Positions 52,398-61,373 of a stretch of DNA of 64,000 nucleotides are shown piece after piece (position 1 is the first letter of the stretch; every line of letters starts with the position of its first letter). Position numbers and translations under genes: made by a program. This stretch comes from Acidobacteriota bacterium (GTDB lineage: Bacteria; Acidobacteriota; Vicinamibacteria; Vicinamibacterales; CAVVIG01): assembly GCA_003222395.1 (NCBI GenBank), contig QHWB01000034.1, forward strand, positions 67,460-131,459, written 5' to 3'. Under the pieces are notes generated by a model. The model ran no database searches and was not told where the DNA came from. It saw nothing but the letters and a program-made list of their open reading frames with translations.

Positions 52398-54530
52398 ATG
52401 AAAAAAGCTTTTCAACTCGCCGTGCTGGTCGTGTTTCTCACGAGCACCGTACTTGCCGGCGGCGGCGGGGTCCCCGGCGCGCGGACTTTGCGCGCTGGGG
52501 TGCCCGAGCAGGGCGCCGCGCCGCAGCCGCAACAGCCGACCTTCCGCGTCCAGGTCGACTACGTCGAAGTCGACGTCGTCGTCACCGACCGGCAGGGAAA
52601 TCTCGTCCGCGATCTGAAAAAGGAAGATTTTCAGGTGTTCGAGGACGGGAAGCCTCAATCGATCAATACGTTCACCTTCGTGGACATTCCGATCGAGCGG
52701 GCGGATCGTCCGTTGTTCGCGGCCTCGCCGATCGAGCCGGACGTGAAGACGAACGAGCGTCCGTTCGACGGCCGGGTGTACGTGATGGTGGTCGACGACC
52801 TGCACACGCGGTTCGGACGCACGCAGCGCGTCAAGGCGGCGGGGAAGCAGTTCATCGAGCGCCGCCTGGGCGCCAACGATCTGATGGCGATCGTTCACAC
52901 CGCCGGTCCGACCGACGCGAACCAGGAATTCACCAGCAACAAGCGGCTGCTGCTTGCGTCGCTCGACAGGACGCAGGGGCGCAAGCTCGATTCGGCGACC
53001 GCGAACAGGACGACGGAGTACTTCCGCACGCGTGATTTTCGGCAGCAGGGCGACGCGCTGAACGATCCCGAGGACGCCGAGCGAGCGTTCAACGCGCGCA
53101 ATACGCTGCAGACACTGAAGAACGTGGCGGAGTGGTTCGCATCGGTGCACGGGCGCCGCAAGACAATCCTGCTGCTCAGCGAAGGGATCGACTATGACAT
53201 CAACGATCTGATCCCGCAGGGCGGATCGAACCACCGCGACGCGTCGATGATTCTCGACGAGACGCGCGACGCGATTGCCGCGGCGACGCGGGCGAACGTG
53301 TCGATCTACGGCATCGACCCGCGCGGCCTCACCGATCTCGGCGACGAATCGATCGAAATCGGATCGTTCCCCGACGATACGTCGCTCGGGATCGGACCGG
53401 GATCGCTGCAGAACGAGCTGCGCCTGGCGCAGGACAGCCTCCGCGTCCTGTCAGATGAGACCGGCGGATTCGCCGTCGTCAACCGCAACGATTTTTCGAC
53501 CGCGTTCGATCGCGTCGTGCAGGACAACAGCTCGTACTACGTGCTGGCGTACTACCCGCCCGATCCCAGGCCGGGACGCGCGCACAAGATCGAGGTCCGC
53601 ACCACGCGGCCCGGTCTCACGATTCGCGCGCGCAAAGGGTACGTGACGCCGAAGAAGGCGGTGCCCGAGAAGGTGAACACGAAGGACATCCGCACGCCGG
53701 AGGTGCGCGGCGCGCTCGACAGCCCGCTGCCGGTGAGCGGCCTGACGATGCACGTGTTCGCGGCGCCGTTCAAAGGCACGGCGCCGAACGCCTCGATTCT
53801 GCTCGGCGTGGAGCTGCGCGGACGCGATCTGCAGCTGACGCAGAACGGCAAGATTCAGCTCTCGTACCTGGCGATCGACGCCGCCGGAAAAGTCCGCGGC
53901 GGCAACACCGACGCGGTGACGATGGGCAATCTGCGTCCCGAGACGAAGACGCGCATCGAGACGACCGGTCTCCGCCTGCTGAACCGGTTCGAGATTCCGC
54001 CAGGCCGGTATCAGCTGCGCGTCGCGGCGCACGACTCGAACGGCGGCAATGTCGGGTCGGTGCAGTACGATCTCGACGTGCCCGACTTCGCGAAGACGCC
54101 CTTCAGCATCAGCGGCGTCGCGCTGACGTCGATCACGGCGTCGCAACTGCCGACGGCGCATCCAGACGAGCAGACGCGCGGCGTGCTGCCGGCGCCGCCC
54201 GCGGCCACGCGGTCGTTCCCGCAGAACGACGAGGTGGCCGTGTTCGCCGAGGTGTACGACAACAGCGGCAACACACCGCACAAGGTCGACATCACCACCA
54301 CGGTGACCACCGACGAAGGCAAGGTGATGTTCAAAACCGAAGAGCAGCGCGACTCAGCGGATCTCGGCGGCAAGAGCGGCGGCTACGGCTATTCGACGAG
54401 GATCCCGATGAAGGATCTGGCGCCCGGCCTCTACGTCCTCAACGTCTCGGCGAAGTCGCGGCTCGGCAACGGTCCGGCGGCCGAGCGTCAGGTCCGTTTC
54501 AGCGTGACGCCGCCGATTACGGGACGATGA
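52398..54530 (+). CDS. secreted VWA-domain protein (Acidobacteria-type VWFA-related family)
   Basis: Start moved to ATG 52398, giving a signal peptide. The N-terminal FRVQVDYVEVDVVVTD..G..V.DLKKEDFQVFEDG motif is typical of this family. Confidence 0.8.
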   Translation: MKKAFQLAVLVVFLTSTVLAGGGGVPGARTLRAGVPEQGAAPQPQQPTFRVQVDYVEVDVVVTDRQGNLVRDLKKEDFQVFEDGKPQSINTFTFVDIPIERADRPLFAASPIEPDVKTNERPFDGRVYVMVVDDLHTRFGRTQRVKAAGKQFIERRLGANDLMAIVHTAGPTDANQEFTSNKRLLLASLDRTQGRKLDSATANRTTEYFRTRDFRQQGDALNDPEDAERAFNARNTLQTLKNVAEWFASVHGRRKTILLLSEGIDYDINDLIPQGGSNHRDASMILDETRDAIAAATRANVSIYGIDPRGLTDLGDESIEIGSFPDDTSLGIGPGSLQNELRLAQDSLRVLSDETGGFAVVNRNDFSTAFDRVVQDNSSYYVLAYYPPDPRPGRAHKIEVRTTRPGLTIRARKGYVTPKKAVPEKVNTKDIRTPEVRGALDSPLPVSGLTMHVFAAPFKGTAPNASILLGVELRGRDLQLTQNGKIQLSYLAIDAAGKVRGGNTDAVTMGNLRPETKTRIETTGLRLLNRFEIPPGRYQLRVAAHDSNGGNVGSVQYDLDVPDFAKTPFSISGVALTSITASQLPTAHPDEQTRGVLPAPPAATRSFPQNDEVAVFAEVYDNSGNTPHKVDITTTVTTDEGKVMFKTEEQRDSADLGGKSGGYGYSTRIPMKDLAPGLYVLNVSAKSRLGNGPAAERQVRFSVTPPITGR

Positions 54531-54619
54531 GGAGAATATCGATCACGGTGGACACAGAGGGCTCGGAGGTTCAAACCCGTTTGAATCTGGCTTTATCCCT
54601 CGCGGTGGAGAGCCTGATA

Positions 54620-55027
54620 ATGCTGATGTTCGTCGCTGTCGTCGCGGCGGCTGCGCAATCCGTTCCCGCTCCGCGCACGATCGACAAAGGCGATCAGAGC
54701 AACATCGACGATCGCCGCGAAGTCGTCGTGCGCACGGCGGCGGAGTGGCAGAAGCTGTGGCAGCAGCACTCGCCGGACCGTCCGATGCCGTCGGTCGATT
54801 TCTCGAAGGAGATGGTGGTCGGCGTGTTCCTGGGGAACAGGCCGACCGCCGGCTACGGCGTCGCAGTCGTGAAGACGATCGACGCCAACGGTGTGCTGCA
54901 CGTGCAATATCGAGAGAGCGCGCCGGGCCGCGACGCCATCACCGCCCAGATGCTCACTTTCCCGTACCACCTGGTCGCGATCTCGAAATCAGCTTCGCTC
55001 GATGTGACGTTCGAGAAGATTCCCTGA
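54620..55027 (+). CDS. PrcB C-terminal-domain-like secreted protein
   Basis: VGVFLGNRPTAGYGVAVV...MLTFPYHLVAI matches the PrcB_C pattern. Start is uncertain (54527 in the track; 54620 gives a signal-like N-terminus). Confidence 0.55.
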   Translation: MLMFVAVVAAAAQSVPAPRTIDKGDQSNIDDRREVVVRTAAEWQKLWQQHSPDRPMPSVDFSKEMVVGVFLGNRPTAGYGVAVVKTIDANGVLHVQYRESAPGRDAITAQMLTFPYHLVAISKSASLDVTFEKIP

Positions 55028-55038
55028 CGGGAAACGAC

Positions 55039-55566
55039 TTATTTCTTCTTCGCCGCCTTCGCCGGAGCCGGCTTGGTTGCCGACGCGTTCTTCGCCGCCG
55101 GCTCCTTCTTCGACTCGTCGAGCGACTTCACGAGGTGCGGCTTCACGCCGCCGTTGGCGTGCGTGAACATGAACATCTGCACCTGGAAGTTGGGATTGGT
55201 CGGTGTGCGGACTTCGAGCGTCTGCACTTCGCCCGGCTGCAACAGCCCGTTCACCACGGCCTCGCCGCCCGGCAGCATGTTCTGCTGCTTGTCGTACCAG
55301 GTCTCGGCGACCTTCAGCCGCGGAATCGGCGCGTTCATCGTGTTCTTCACGGTGATTTTCGTGATGAGCGTGGAACCCTCGCGGCGCGTCGGCGACTTCA
55401 CGTATTCGATTTCGGCCTGGCCCTTCACCGGCGGGATGAATTTCTTTCCCGCGAGGATCGATTGCATCGGCGGAGCCTGCGGGGTCGACTGTTGAGCAAT
55501 GACGGTGCTGCCGACAAACGCGGCGCACACGGCGGTCGCGGCGAAGACAACGCGCGCGCGATTCAT
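55039..55566 (-). CDS. secreted hypothetical protein with Lys/Ala-rich tail
   Basis: Start at ATG 55566 is preceded by GGGAGGAAC. It gives signal peptide MNRARVVFAATAVCAAFVGSTVIAQQ. The track ORF is over-extended. Confidence 0.6.
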   Translation of the reverse strand: MNRARVVFAATAVCAAFVGSTVIAQQSTPQAPPMQSILAGKKFIPPVKGQAEIEYVKSPTRREGSTLITKITVKNTMNAPIPRLKVAETWYDKQQNMLPGGEAVVNGLLQPGEVQTLEVRTPTNPNFQVQMFMFTHANGGVKPHLVKSLDESKKEPAAKNASATKPAPAKAAKKK

Positions 55567-55619
55567 AGGTTCCTCCCGGGGTATGTGGACGAGCTGTAAG
55601 CTGAACGAAAGATTATAGC

Positions 55620-56078
55620 TTACATCTCGCCGTTCCAGTCCTCCGGTTCGGGGTTTACCGACCGGAATATTTCCATGTGCCATTTGCCGCCGCCCCACGG
55701 CTCGATGACCTCGGCCGCGACGACGTCGACGAGAATCTCCGAGAAAAGCCGTCCTTCCGGATCGCCTTCGAGATGGTAGGCCGGCTCGTCCCAGCCGAAG
55801 TTCGGATAGAGCATTAGCGTGAGGAACAAATCGTACCCATCGTCGACGACGATCAGCTGACCGCAGGGGCGCTTCAGCGTGGAATGGTAAATGAGGTATT
55901 TCTCGGCGGAGTGCGCGCGGATGTAGCGCTTGAGCGCGAACTCGCGCGCGACGATTTCTTCGACGGCGATCTTCTTGTCCCAGCAGTCGCGGCAATACTT
56001 CTCTTCGCCGCGCGGCTCGGACACGTCCTTGGCGCCGCACAGCGCGCACCGCGACTTGGCGACCGACTTGCGAGGCAT
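55620..56078 (-). CDS. hypothetical protein with N-terminal CxxC..CxxC zinc-ribbon
   Basis: CALCG..CRDCW motif. No family recognised. Confidence 0.55.
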   Translation of the reverse strand: MPRKSVAKSRCALCGAKDVSEPRGEEKYCRDCWDKKIAVEEIVAREFALKRYIRAHSAEKYLIYHSTLKRPCGQLIVVDDGYDLFLTLMLYPNFGWDEPAYHLEGDPEGRLFSEILVDVVAAEVIEPWGGGKWHMEIFRSVNPEPEDWNGEM

Positions 56079-56087
56079 CGCACCAAT

Positions 56088-56200
56088 CTACAATTTACAA
56101 GTGACAATGTCCAAAGAGTGGCAATGTCGACAGAGTGGCAATGCCCAAAGAGCGGCAACATCCAAGAGGGGCTGAATCGTCACTTGTCAATCGTCAATTG
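56088..56200. repeat. family-B hairpin arms flanking a ~17-bp tandem repeat (glgP stop / downstream gene start)
   Basis: Left arm CTACAAT|TTACAAG|TGACAAT. Right arm TCACTTG|TCAATCG|TCAATTG. ACAAGTGAC (56097) pairs with GTCACTTGT (56179). AGAGTGGCAATG-type units lie at 56115, 56132 and 56149, plus a partial fourth. Confidence 0.8.
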
Positions 56201-58336
56201 CCGTGAGCGGCCGGCGAGCGCCGGCGCGTACATGCGATCGACGTACTCCTTGACCATGCGCCGCGCGGAAAATCGTGGCGCGACCGTCCGAATCGCTTCC
56301 TTCACCAGCGCGATCCATCGTCGCGGGACGCTCGACGCGTCGCGATCGTAGAACGCCGGCACGACGTCTTCTTCGAGCAGGCGGTACAACGCGTTCGCGT
56401 CGGCGCGATCGACCTCGTCGAAGTTCTCGCCGCTCTTGCCGCCGTCGATCATCCAGCCGTTCGATCCGTCGAAGCCTTCGGCCCACCAGCCGTCGCCGAT
56501 GCTGAGATGCGGGACGCCGTTCAGCGCGGCCTTCATGCCGCTGGTGCCGCTGGCTTCGAGCGGCTTGCGCGGGTTGTTCAACCATACGTCGCAGCCCTGC
56601 ACGAGAAAATGCGCGACGTGCAGGTCGTAGTCGTCGACGAACGCGACACGGCCGGCGAACAGCGGATCGAGCGCGCGCTTGTACACGCGCTGCAGGTGAT
56701 GTTTGCCGATGTCGTCGGCGGGATGCGATTTGCCCGCGAAGACGATCTGCACCGGCCGTCCGGCCGCGTTGAGGATGCGCGCGAGGCGCTCGCCGTCGGT
56801 GAACACGAGCTCGGGCCGCTTGTATCCGGTGAAGCGACGCGCGAAGCCGATCGTCAGCGCGTCGGGCTCGAGCAGCGTGCCCGCGGCGACGACGCGCGGG
56901 ATGCCGACGTGCTCCTCGGTCCAGCGCTGCCGCGCGCGCTCGCGCACGAACGTGAAGAGATGGCGCCGGAGCGATTGCCGGACGGCCCACAGCTCCGCGT
57001 CCGGAATCGCGAGGACGCCTTCCCACAACGCCGGATCGTCGTGGCGCTCGAGCCAGTCGGCGCCGAGGTACTTCGCGAAGAGCTCGACGAGCTCGCCGGC
57101 AATCCACGTCGGCACGTGGACGCCGTTGGTAATCGACGTCACCGGCCGCTCGTCTTCGGGCAGGTCGGGCCACATCGGTTCGAACATCGCGCGCGTCACT
57201 TGGCCGTGAAGCCGGCTGACCGCGTTCGTCACGCCGGCCGAGCGGATGGCGAGCGCCGTCATGTTGAACTGCGATCCGCTGCCGTTGTCGTACGCGCCGA
57301 GCGCGAGGAACCGATCGCGGTTCGAGCCGAGCGTGCCCCACGCGCCGGCCAGATGCTTCTCGACGAGGTGGAACGGAAACGCGTCGTGGCCGGCCGGCAC
57401 CGGCGTGTGCGTCGTGAACAGCGTCGAATGACGGATTTCCTCGAGCGCCTCGTCGAACGACGATCCGTGCTCGATGAGATCGCGGATGCGCTGCAGGACG
57501 ACGAAGCCGGCGTGCCCTTCGTTCAGATGGAAGACGCCGGGATCCGATCCGAGCGCTTTCAGGGCGCGCACGCCGCCAATGCCGAGGACGATTTCCTGCT
57601 GGATGCGCGTCTCCCGATCGCCGCCGTAGAGGCGCGCCGACAGCTCGCGATCCCACGGCGCGTTCTCTTCCAGATCGGTGTCGAGCAGGTAGATCTTCGC
57701 GCGCCCGAGCCGCACGCGCCATACCGCGAGCAGCACCGATCGATCGCCGAGCGGCACGGCGGTGACGCACGGTTTGCCGTCGGGCGTCAGCGCCGGCTCG
57801 ATTGGCGCGTCGTTCCAGTCGAGCCGCTCGTAGCTCTCTTCCTGCCACCCTTCGGCCGACACGTGCTGATGGAAGTAGCCCTGCGGGTACATGAACCCGA
57901 TGCCGATCAGCGGCACGCCGAGGTCGCTCGCTTCCTTGCAGTGATCGCCTGCGAGGACGCCGAGGCCGCCCGCGTAGATCGGCAGCGACTGATGCAGCGC
58001 GAACTCGGCGGAGAAATACGCGATCGACTGGCCGGAGAGCGGCGGAAACGTGCGAGACCACCACGTATTCCGCGCCGCGCGCGCATCGTCGAGCGCGGCG
58101 ATCGCGCGATCGTAGATCTCGACGAACGCGCGTTCTTGGGCTGCCTCCTGCAGCTTGTCCGGCGGGATCAGGCGCAGCATGCGGACCGGGTTGTGCGCCG
58201 TGGCCCGCCACAGGGTGTAGTCGAGCCGGCGGAACACGGCTCGCGCTTCCGGATGCCAGCTCCACCAGAGGTCGACGGCGAGTTCTTCGAGTCGATGGAG
58301 GCGTTCAGGGAGGGCGAGCAATCCGTCTCCTGTCAT
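56180..58336 (-). CDS. glgP: alpha-glucan (glycogen/maltodextrin) phosphorylase, GT35
   Basis: Start at ATG 58336 (ATGA overlap with the upstream gene). The N-terminus LAVDLWWSWHPEA is typical of the alpha-glucan phosphorylase subfamily. The track ORF is over-extended. Confidence 0.9.
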   Translation of the reverse strand: MTGDGLLALPERLHRLEELAVDLWWSWHPEARAVFRRLDYTLWRATAHNPVRMLRLIPPDKLQEAAQERAFVEIYDRAIAALDDARAARNTWWSRTFPPLSGQSIAYFSAEFALHQSLPIYAGGLGVLAGDHCKEASDLGVPLIGIGFMYPQGYFHQHVSAEGWQEESYERLDWNDAPIEPALTPDGKPCVTAVPLGDRSVLLAVWRVRLGRAKIYLLDTDLEENAPWDRELSARLYGGDRETRIQQEIVLGIGGVRALKALGSDPGVFHLNEGHAGFVVLQRIRDLIEHGSSFDEALEEIRHSTLFTTHTPVPAGHDAFPFHLVEKHLAGAWGTLGSNRDRFLALGAYDNGSGSQFNMTALAIRSAGVTNAVSRLHGQVTRAMFEPMWPDLPEDERPVTSITNGVHVPTWIAGELVELFAKYLGADWLERHDDPALWEGVLAIPDAELWAVRQSLRRHLFTFVRERARQRWTEEHVGIPRVVAAGTLLEPDALTIGFARRFTGYKRPELVFTDGERLARILNAAGRPVQIVFAGKSHPADDIGKHHLQRVYKRALDPLFAGRVAFVDDYDLHVAHFLVQGCDVWLNNPRKPLEASGTSGMKAALNGVPHLSIGDGWWAEGFDGSNGWMIDGGKSGENFDEVDRADANALYRLLEEDVVPAFYDRDASSVPRRWIALVKEAIRTVAPRFSARRMVKEYVDRMYAPALAGRSRQLTIDK

Positions 58337-59322
58337 GAATCGCAGGCGTCGACGAGCGACGCGAACTTGGCGAGGTCGATGTTGCCGCCCGAGACGACGG
58401 CGACGATCTTGCCGGCGCCGGCCTTGTCGCCGAGCGCCGCGGCAATCGCGCAGCCGGCGGCGCCCTCGGCGATGACGTGCGCGCGCTCCGCCGCATGCTT
58501 CATCGCGCGCGCGACTGCATCGAGCGAGACGACGATCGATCCCGACAGTTGATTGAGCAGCGGCCACATCGTCTCGAGCACCGATTTGCCGCCGGCGCCG
58601 TCGACGAACGACGCCTTCCAGTTCGTGAAGTACACGGGACGTCCCGCGGCAATCGACGCCGACAGCGGCGCAGCGGTCTCGGGCTCGGCTGCATACACAC
58701 GGACGTTCGGCTTCAGCTCGCGCACCGCCGCCGCGATGCCCGACAGCAATCCGCCGCCGCCGAGCGGCGCGATGATCGCGTCGACGTCGGGAAGATCCTC
58801 GAGGATTTCGAGCCCCGCCGTCGCGTTGCCGGCAATGAACCGGTCGTCGTCGAACGGATGAATGAAATGGCCGGTCATCCGATCCGATCCGTGCGCCTCG
58901 ACGGTCCGCCAGCATTCGTCGTACGTCGCGCGCACGATGGAGGCGCCGAGGCGTTCGATCGCGCGAATCTTCGTATCGGGCGCCGTGTCCATCACCATCA
59001 CCGAGCAGCGCGCGCCGACTTTCCGTGCGGCGAAGGCGACGCCCTGAGCCGCGTTGCCGGCGCTCACGGTCCACACGCCTTCGCGGAGCTGCTCCGGCGT
59101 CAACTGACGGATCACGTTATACGCGCCGCGGATCTTGAACGAGCCGATTGGCTGAAGCACTTCGAGCTTCAAGTAGATCTCGGCCTGCGCGTCCGACGGG
59201 CGCGGTCCGGCCTCTGGCTCGAGCCTGATGAGCGGCGTGCGGATCGCGGCGCCGTACACGGCGAGCGCGGCGTCGCGGATGGCGGCCAGCGGAATGCGGC
59301 GACCCGAAATCGTGACGGCCAA
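58333..59322 (-). CDS. PLP-dependent threonine/serine dehydratase
   Basis: PLP-lysine motif LQPIGSFKIRGA. 329 aa. TTG start. Confidence 0.85.
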   Translation of the reverse strand: MAVTISGRRIPLAAIRDAALAVYGAAIRTPLIRLEPEAGPRPSDAQAEIYLKLEVLQPIGSFKIRGAYNVIRQLTPEQLREGVWTVSAGNAAQGVAFAARKVGARCSVMVMDTAPDTKIRAIERLGASIVRATYDECWRTVEAHGSDRMTGHFIHPFDDDRFIAGNATAGLEILEDLPDVDAIIAPLGGGGLLSGIAAAVRELKPNVRVYAAEPETAAPLSASIAAGRPVYFTNWKASFVDGAGGKSVLETMWPLLNQLSGSIVVSLDAVARAMKHAAERAHVIAEGAAGCAIAAALGDKAGAGKIVAVVSGGNIDLAKFASLVDACDS

Positions 59323-59399
59323 GGCGGGTAAATCGTAGCTGCCTCAGGAGATGAGCGTCAATGCTGAGCACCGTCACGCCCGCCGTCTCAGCTGTACTA

Positions 59400-59460
59400 A
59401 GGGAGCAGTGCGAAATCAGCTCTTCACCACGGATTGGTGGCGAGCTTGATTCTGCTCTCT
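59400..59460 (-). terminator. long imperfect hairpin immediately after the DmpA-family gene stop
   Basis: GGGAGCAG/CTGCTCTC, AAATCAGCTC/GAGCTTGATT and CACCA/TGGTG pair in a nested fashion. No clear U-tract. Confidence 0.5.
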
Positions 59461-59461
59461 G

Positions 59462-60595
59462 TCATTTCCTGAGCAGCTCGCGGAGCCTCTCCAGCGGGAT
59501 CGCTTCCGCCTTGCCGAAGCGCGAAGTCACGGTCGTCGCCTGGAAGAGCGAGTTGTAGACCGCTTCTTCTGTCGCTTCGAGCGCGGCTTCGAAGAGAGGC
59601 GAGGTCGCATCGGTCGGCAGAATCTGCCGCGTGTGCGGCGACGTTTCGTTGAAAGGGCTCCGCATGGCGGGTGCCGTCGAGAACGCGATCGCGAAGTCGC
59701 CGCTGCCGTTGCTGTACGCCGAACCGGTGCGGCCCAGGCCGAAGACGGCGCGCGCCGCAAGCCGGTGCAGATCGCGGGCGTCGAGCGGCGCGTCGGTCGC
59801 GACCACCAGCATGCAGGAGCCGTCATCCTTCGACTCCGACCCTGATTCCGGCCCCAGTGGGGCGGTGAGACGGTTCGGCGGCTGCAGCATCTTATAGATG
59901 GGTACGCCGGCGATTGTCAGGTTGCCGCCGAAATTGGTCTGCGCGAGAACGCCGACGGTGTAGCCGGTGCGATCGAGTTTGCGAGACGAGGTGCCGATCC
60001 CGCCTTTCCAGCCGTAGCAGATCGTTCCCGTGCCTGCGCCGACGGCGCCTTCCGCAACCGGACCGGTTCTCGCGTTCGCGATCGCGTCGAGCACGTGCTT
60101 CGTCGTGACGTGCAGTCCGCGGATGTCGTTCAAGCCGCCGTCGTTGGTCTCGCCGACCACTGCGTTGACCGATCGCACCTGCTCGTTGCCGCGCTGCGAC
60201 AGCGTGTAGCGCACGAGCGCGTCGACCGCGACGCCGACGCTCAGCGTGTTGGTGAGCACGATCGGCGTTTCGATCGTGCCGAGCTCGGCGACCTGCGTCG
60301 ATCCGGCGAGCTTGCCGAACGCGTTGCCGACGAATATGGCGCCGGCGACCTTCTCCTGAAACACGTTGCCGCCATGCGGCACGATGGCGGTGACGCCGGT
60401 GCGGACGCTGTCGCCTTCGACGATCGTCGTGTGCCCCACGCGCACGTCCGCGACGTCCGTGATGGCATTGAGCGGACCGGGCGAGAAGACGCCGGGTGCG
60501 ATGCCGACGTCGCGCGCGCGCGGCCGCGTTTGCGCGGCCAGCGCCATTATGGAGAGGGCCGCGACGAGGGCAGTCGAACTGTGGCGTGGAAGCAT
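59462..60595 (-). CDS. DmpA/P1 (S58) family aminopeptidase
   Basis: Signal peptide and family-typical GVTAIVPHGGN...TNDGGLNDIRG. Confidence 0.85.
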   Translation of the reverse strand: MLPRHSSTALVAALSIMALAAQTRPRARDVGIAPGVFSPGPLNAITDVADVRVGHTTIVEGDSVRTGVTAIVPHGGNVFQEKVAGAIFVGNAFGKLAGSTQVAELGTIETPIVLTNTLSVGVAVDALVRYTLSQRGNEQVRSVNAVVGETNDGGLNDIRGLHVTTKHVLDAIANARTGPVAEGAVGAGTGTICYGWKGGIGTSSRKLDRTGYTVGVLAQTNFGGNLTIAGVPIYKMLQPPNRLTAPLGPESGSESKDDGSCMLVVATDAPLDARDLHRLAARAVFGLGRTGSAYSNGSGDFAIAFSTAPAMRSPFNETSPHTRQILPTDATSPLFEAALEATEEAVYNSLFQATTVTSRFGKAEAIPLERLRELLRK

Positions 60596-60639
60596 TGCGT
60601 TCTCTTCGGCGATCGGCCGGCTAGAGCCTCGTGACGGCG

Positions 60640-61203
60640 CTATCGTAATGCTGAAAGCTGCGCAGAGATCCGATCGAGCCGCGCGATCAGTTCGCCGTGG
60701 CGCTCCGCCTCGGGCGTCGGTTTCTTCGCCAGGAAACAGATGCTGCCGCCGGGATCCAGGATCGCTCGATCGATCTCGTCGAGCGACGCGAAACCCTGCT
60801 TGTGCGCGGCGGCCTCGAGCTCGACTCGCGAAATCAACTCCTTGCGGAGCCGATCCTGCCGGATGACGCCGTTCTCAATCAACACATCGGGATCGCCTTC
60901 CACGAGCCGTTCGAGTTTTTCGTGTTCGAAGAGGAAGCGGACGACGACGTAGTTGATGACGAGCAGCGTCGTCGCGCCGATGATTCCGCCGGTCACGCTG
61001 TTGTCGTCGCCGATGATGGCGTTCTGCACCGTGTTCGACAACGTGAGCAACACGACCAGATCCAACGGGTTCAACTGCGCCAGCTCGCGTTTACCGGCGA
61101 CGCGGAGCCCGGCGATCAGGAAGAAATAGACCGTGATGGGCCGCAGCACCTTTTCCGCAATGGGCAGCCCGAGAACGAACATGTCATGCAGCGTCTTCAC
61201 CAT
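60640..61203 (-). CDS. DUF421 (YetF-like) membrane protein
   Basis: LNPLDLVVLLTLSNTVQNAIIG motif. Confidence 0.8.
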   Translation of the reverse strand: MVKTLHDMFVLGLPIAEKVLRPITVYFFLIAGLRVAGKRELAQLNPLDLVVLLTLSNTVQNAIIGDDNSVTGGIIGATTLLVINYVVVRFLFEHEKLERLVEGDPDVLIENGVIRQDRLRKELISRVELEAAAHKQGFASLDEIDRAILDPGGSICFLAKKPTPEAERHGELIARLDRISAQLSALR

Positions 61204-61309
61204 GCGGCGATTGTATGAAGAGCGGACCCGGAGCGGACCTGGCCGGCGATGTGCTTACGACAGACTTACGTTTCTGTCATGCGGCCCGCCGCCGGGCCTC
61301 CGAGTGCCA

Positions 61310-61337
61310 TTGACCTGGGATCGCAGGCCGGTATAAT
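61310..61337 (+). promoter_or_regulatory. near-consensus sigma70-type promoter for the propeller/phosphoesterase gene
   Basis: TTGACC-N16-TATAAT, 36 nt upstream of ATG 61374, in a divergent intergenic region. Confidence 0.55.
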
Positions 61338-61373
61338 CGACGCGGTGTACCTCGACAACCAAAAAGTTCCTTG

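Noticed and set aside
54555-54590. GGTTCAAACCC resembling a tRNA T-arm
   Set aside because: The flanking bases do not form a T-stem, acceptor stem or anticodon arm. It is better explained as a simple hairpin (GGTTCAAAC/GTTTGAATC).
58333-58336. ATGA overlap coupling threonine dehydratase to glycogen phosphorylase, as a possible functional link
   Set aside because: Translational coupling is visible, but no established pathway connects the two enzymes. It is probably an operon of convenience.
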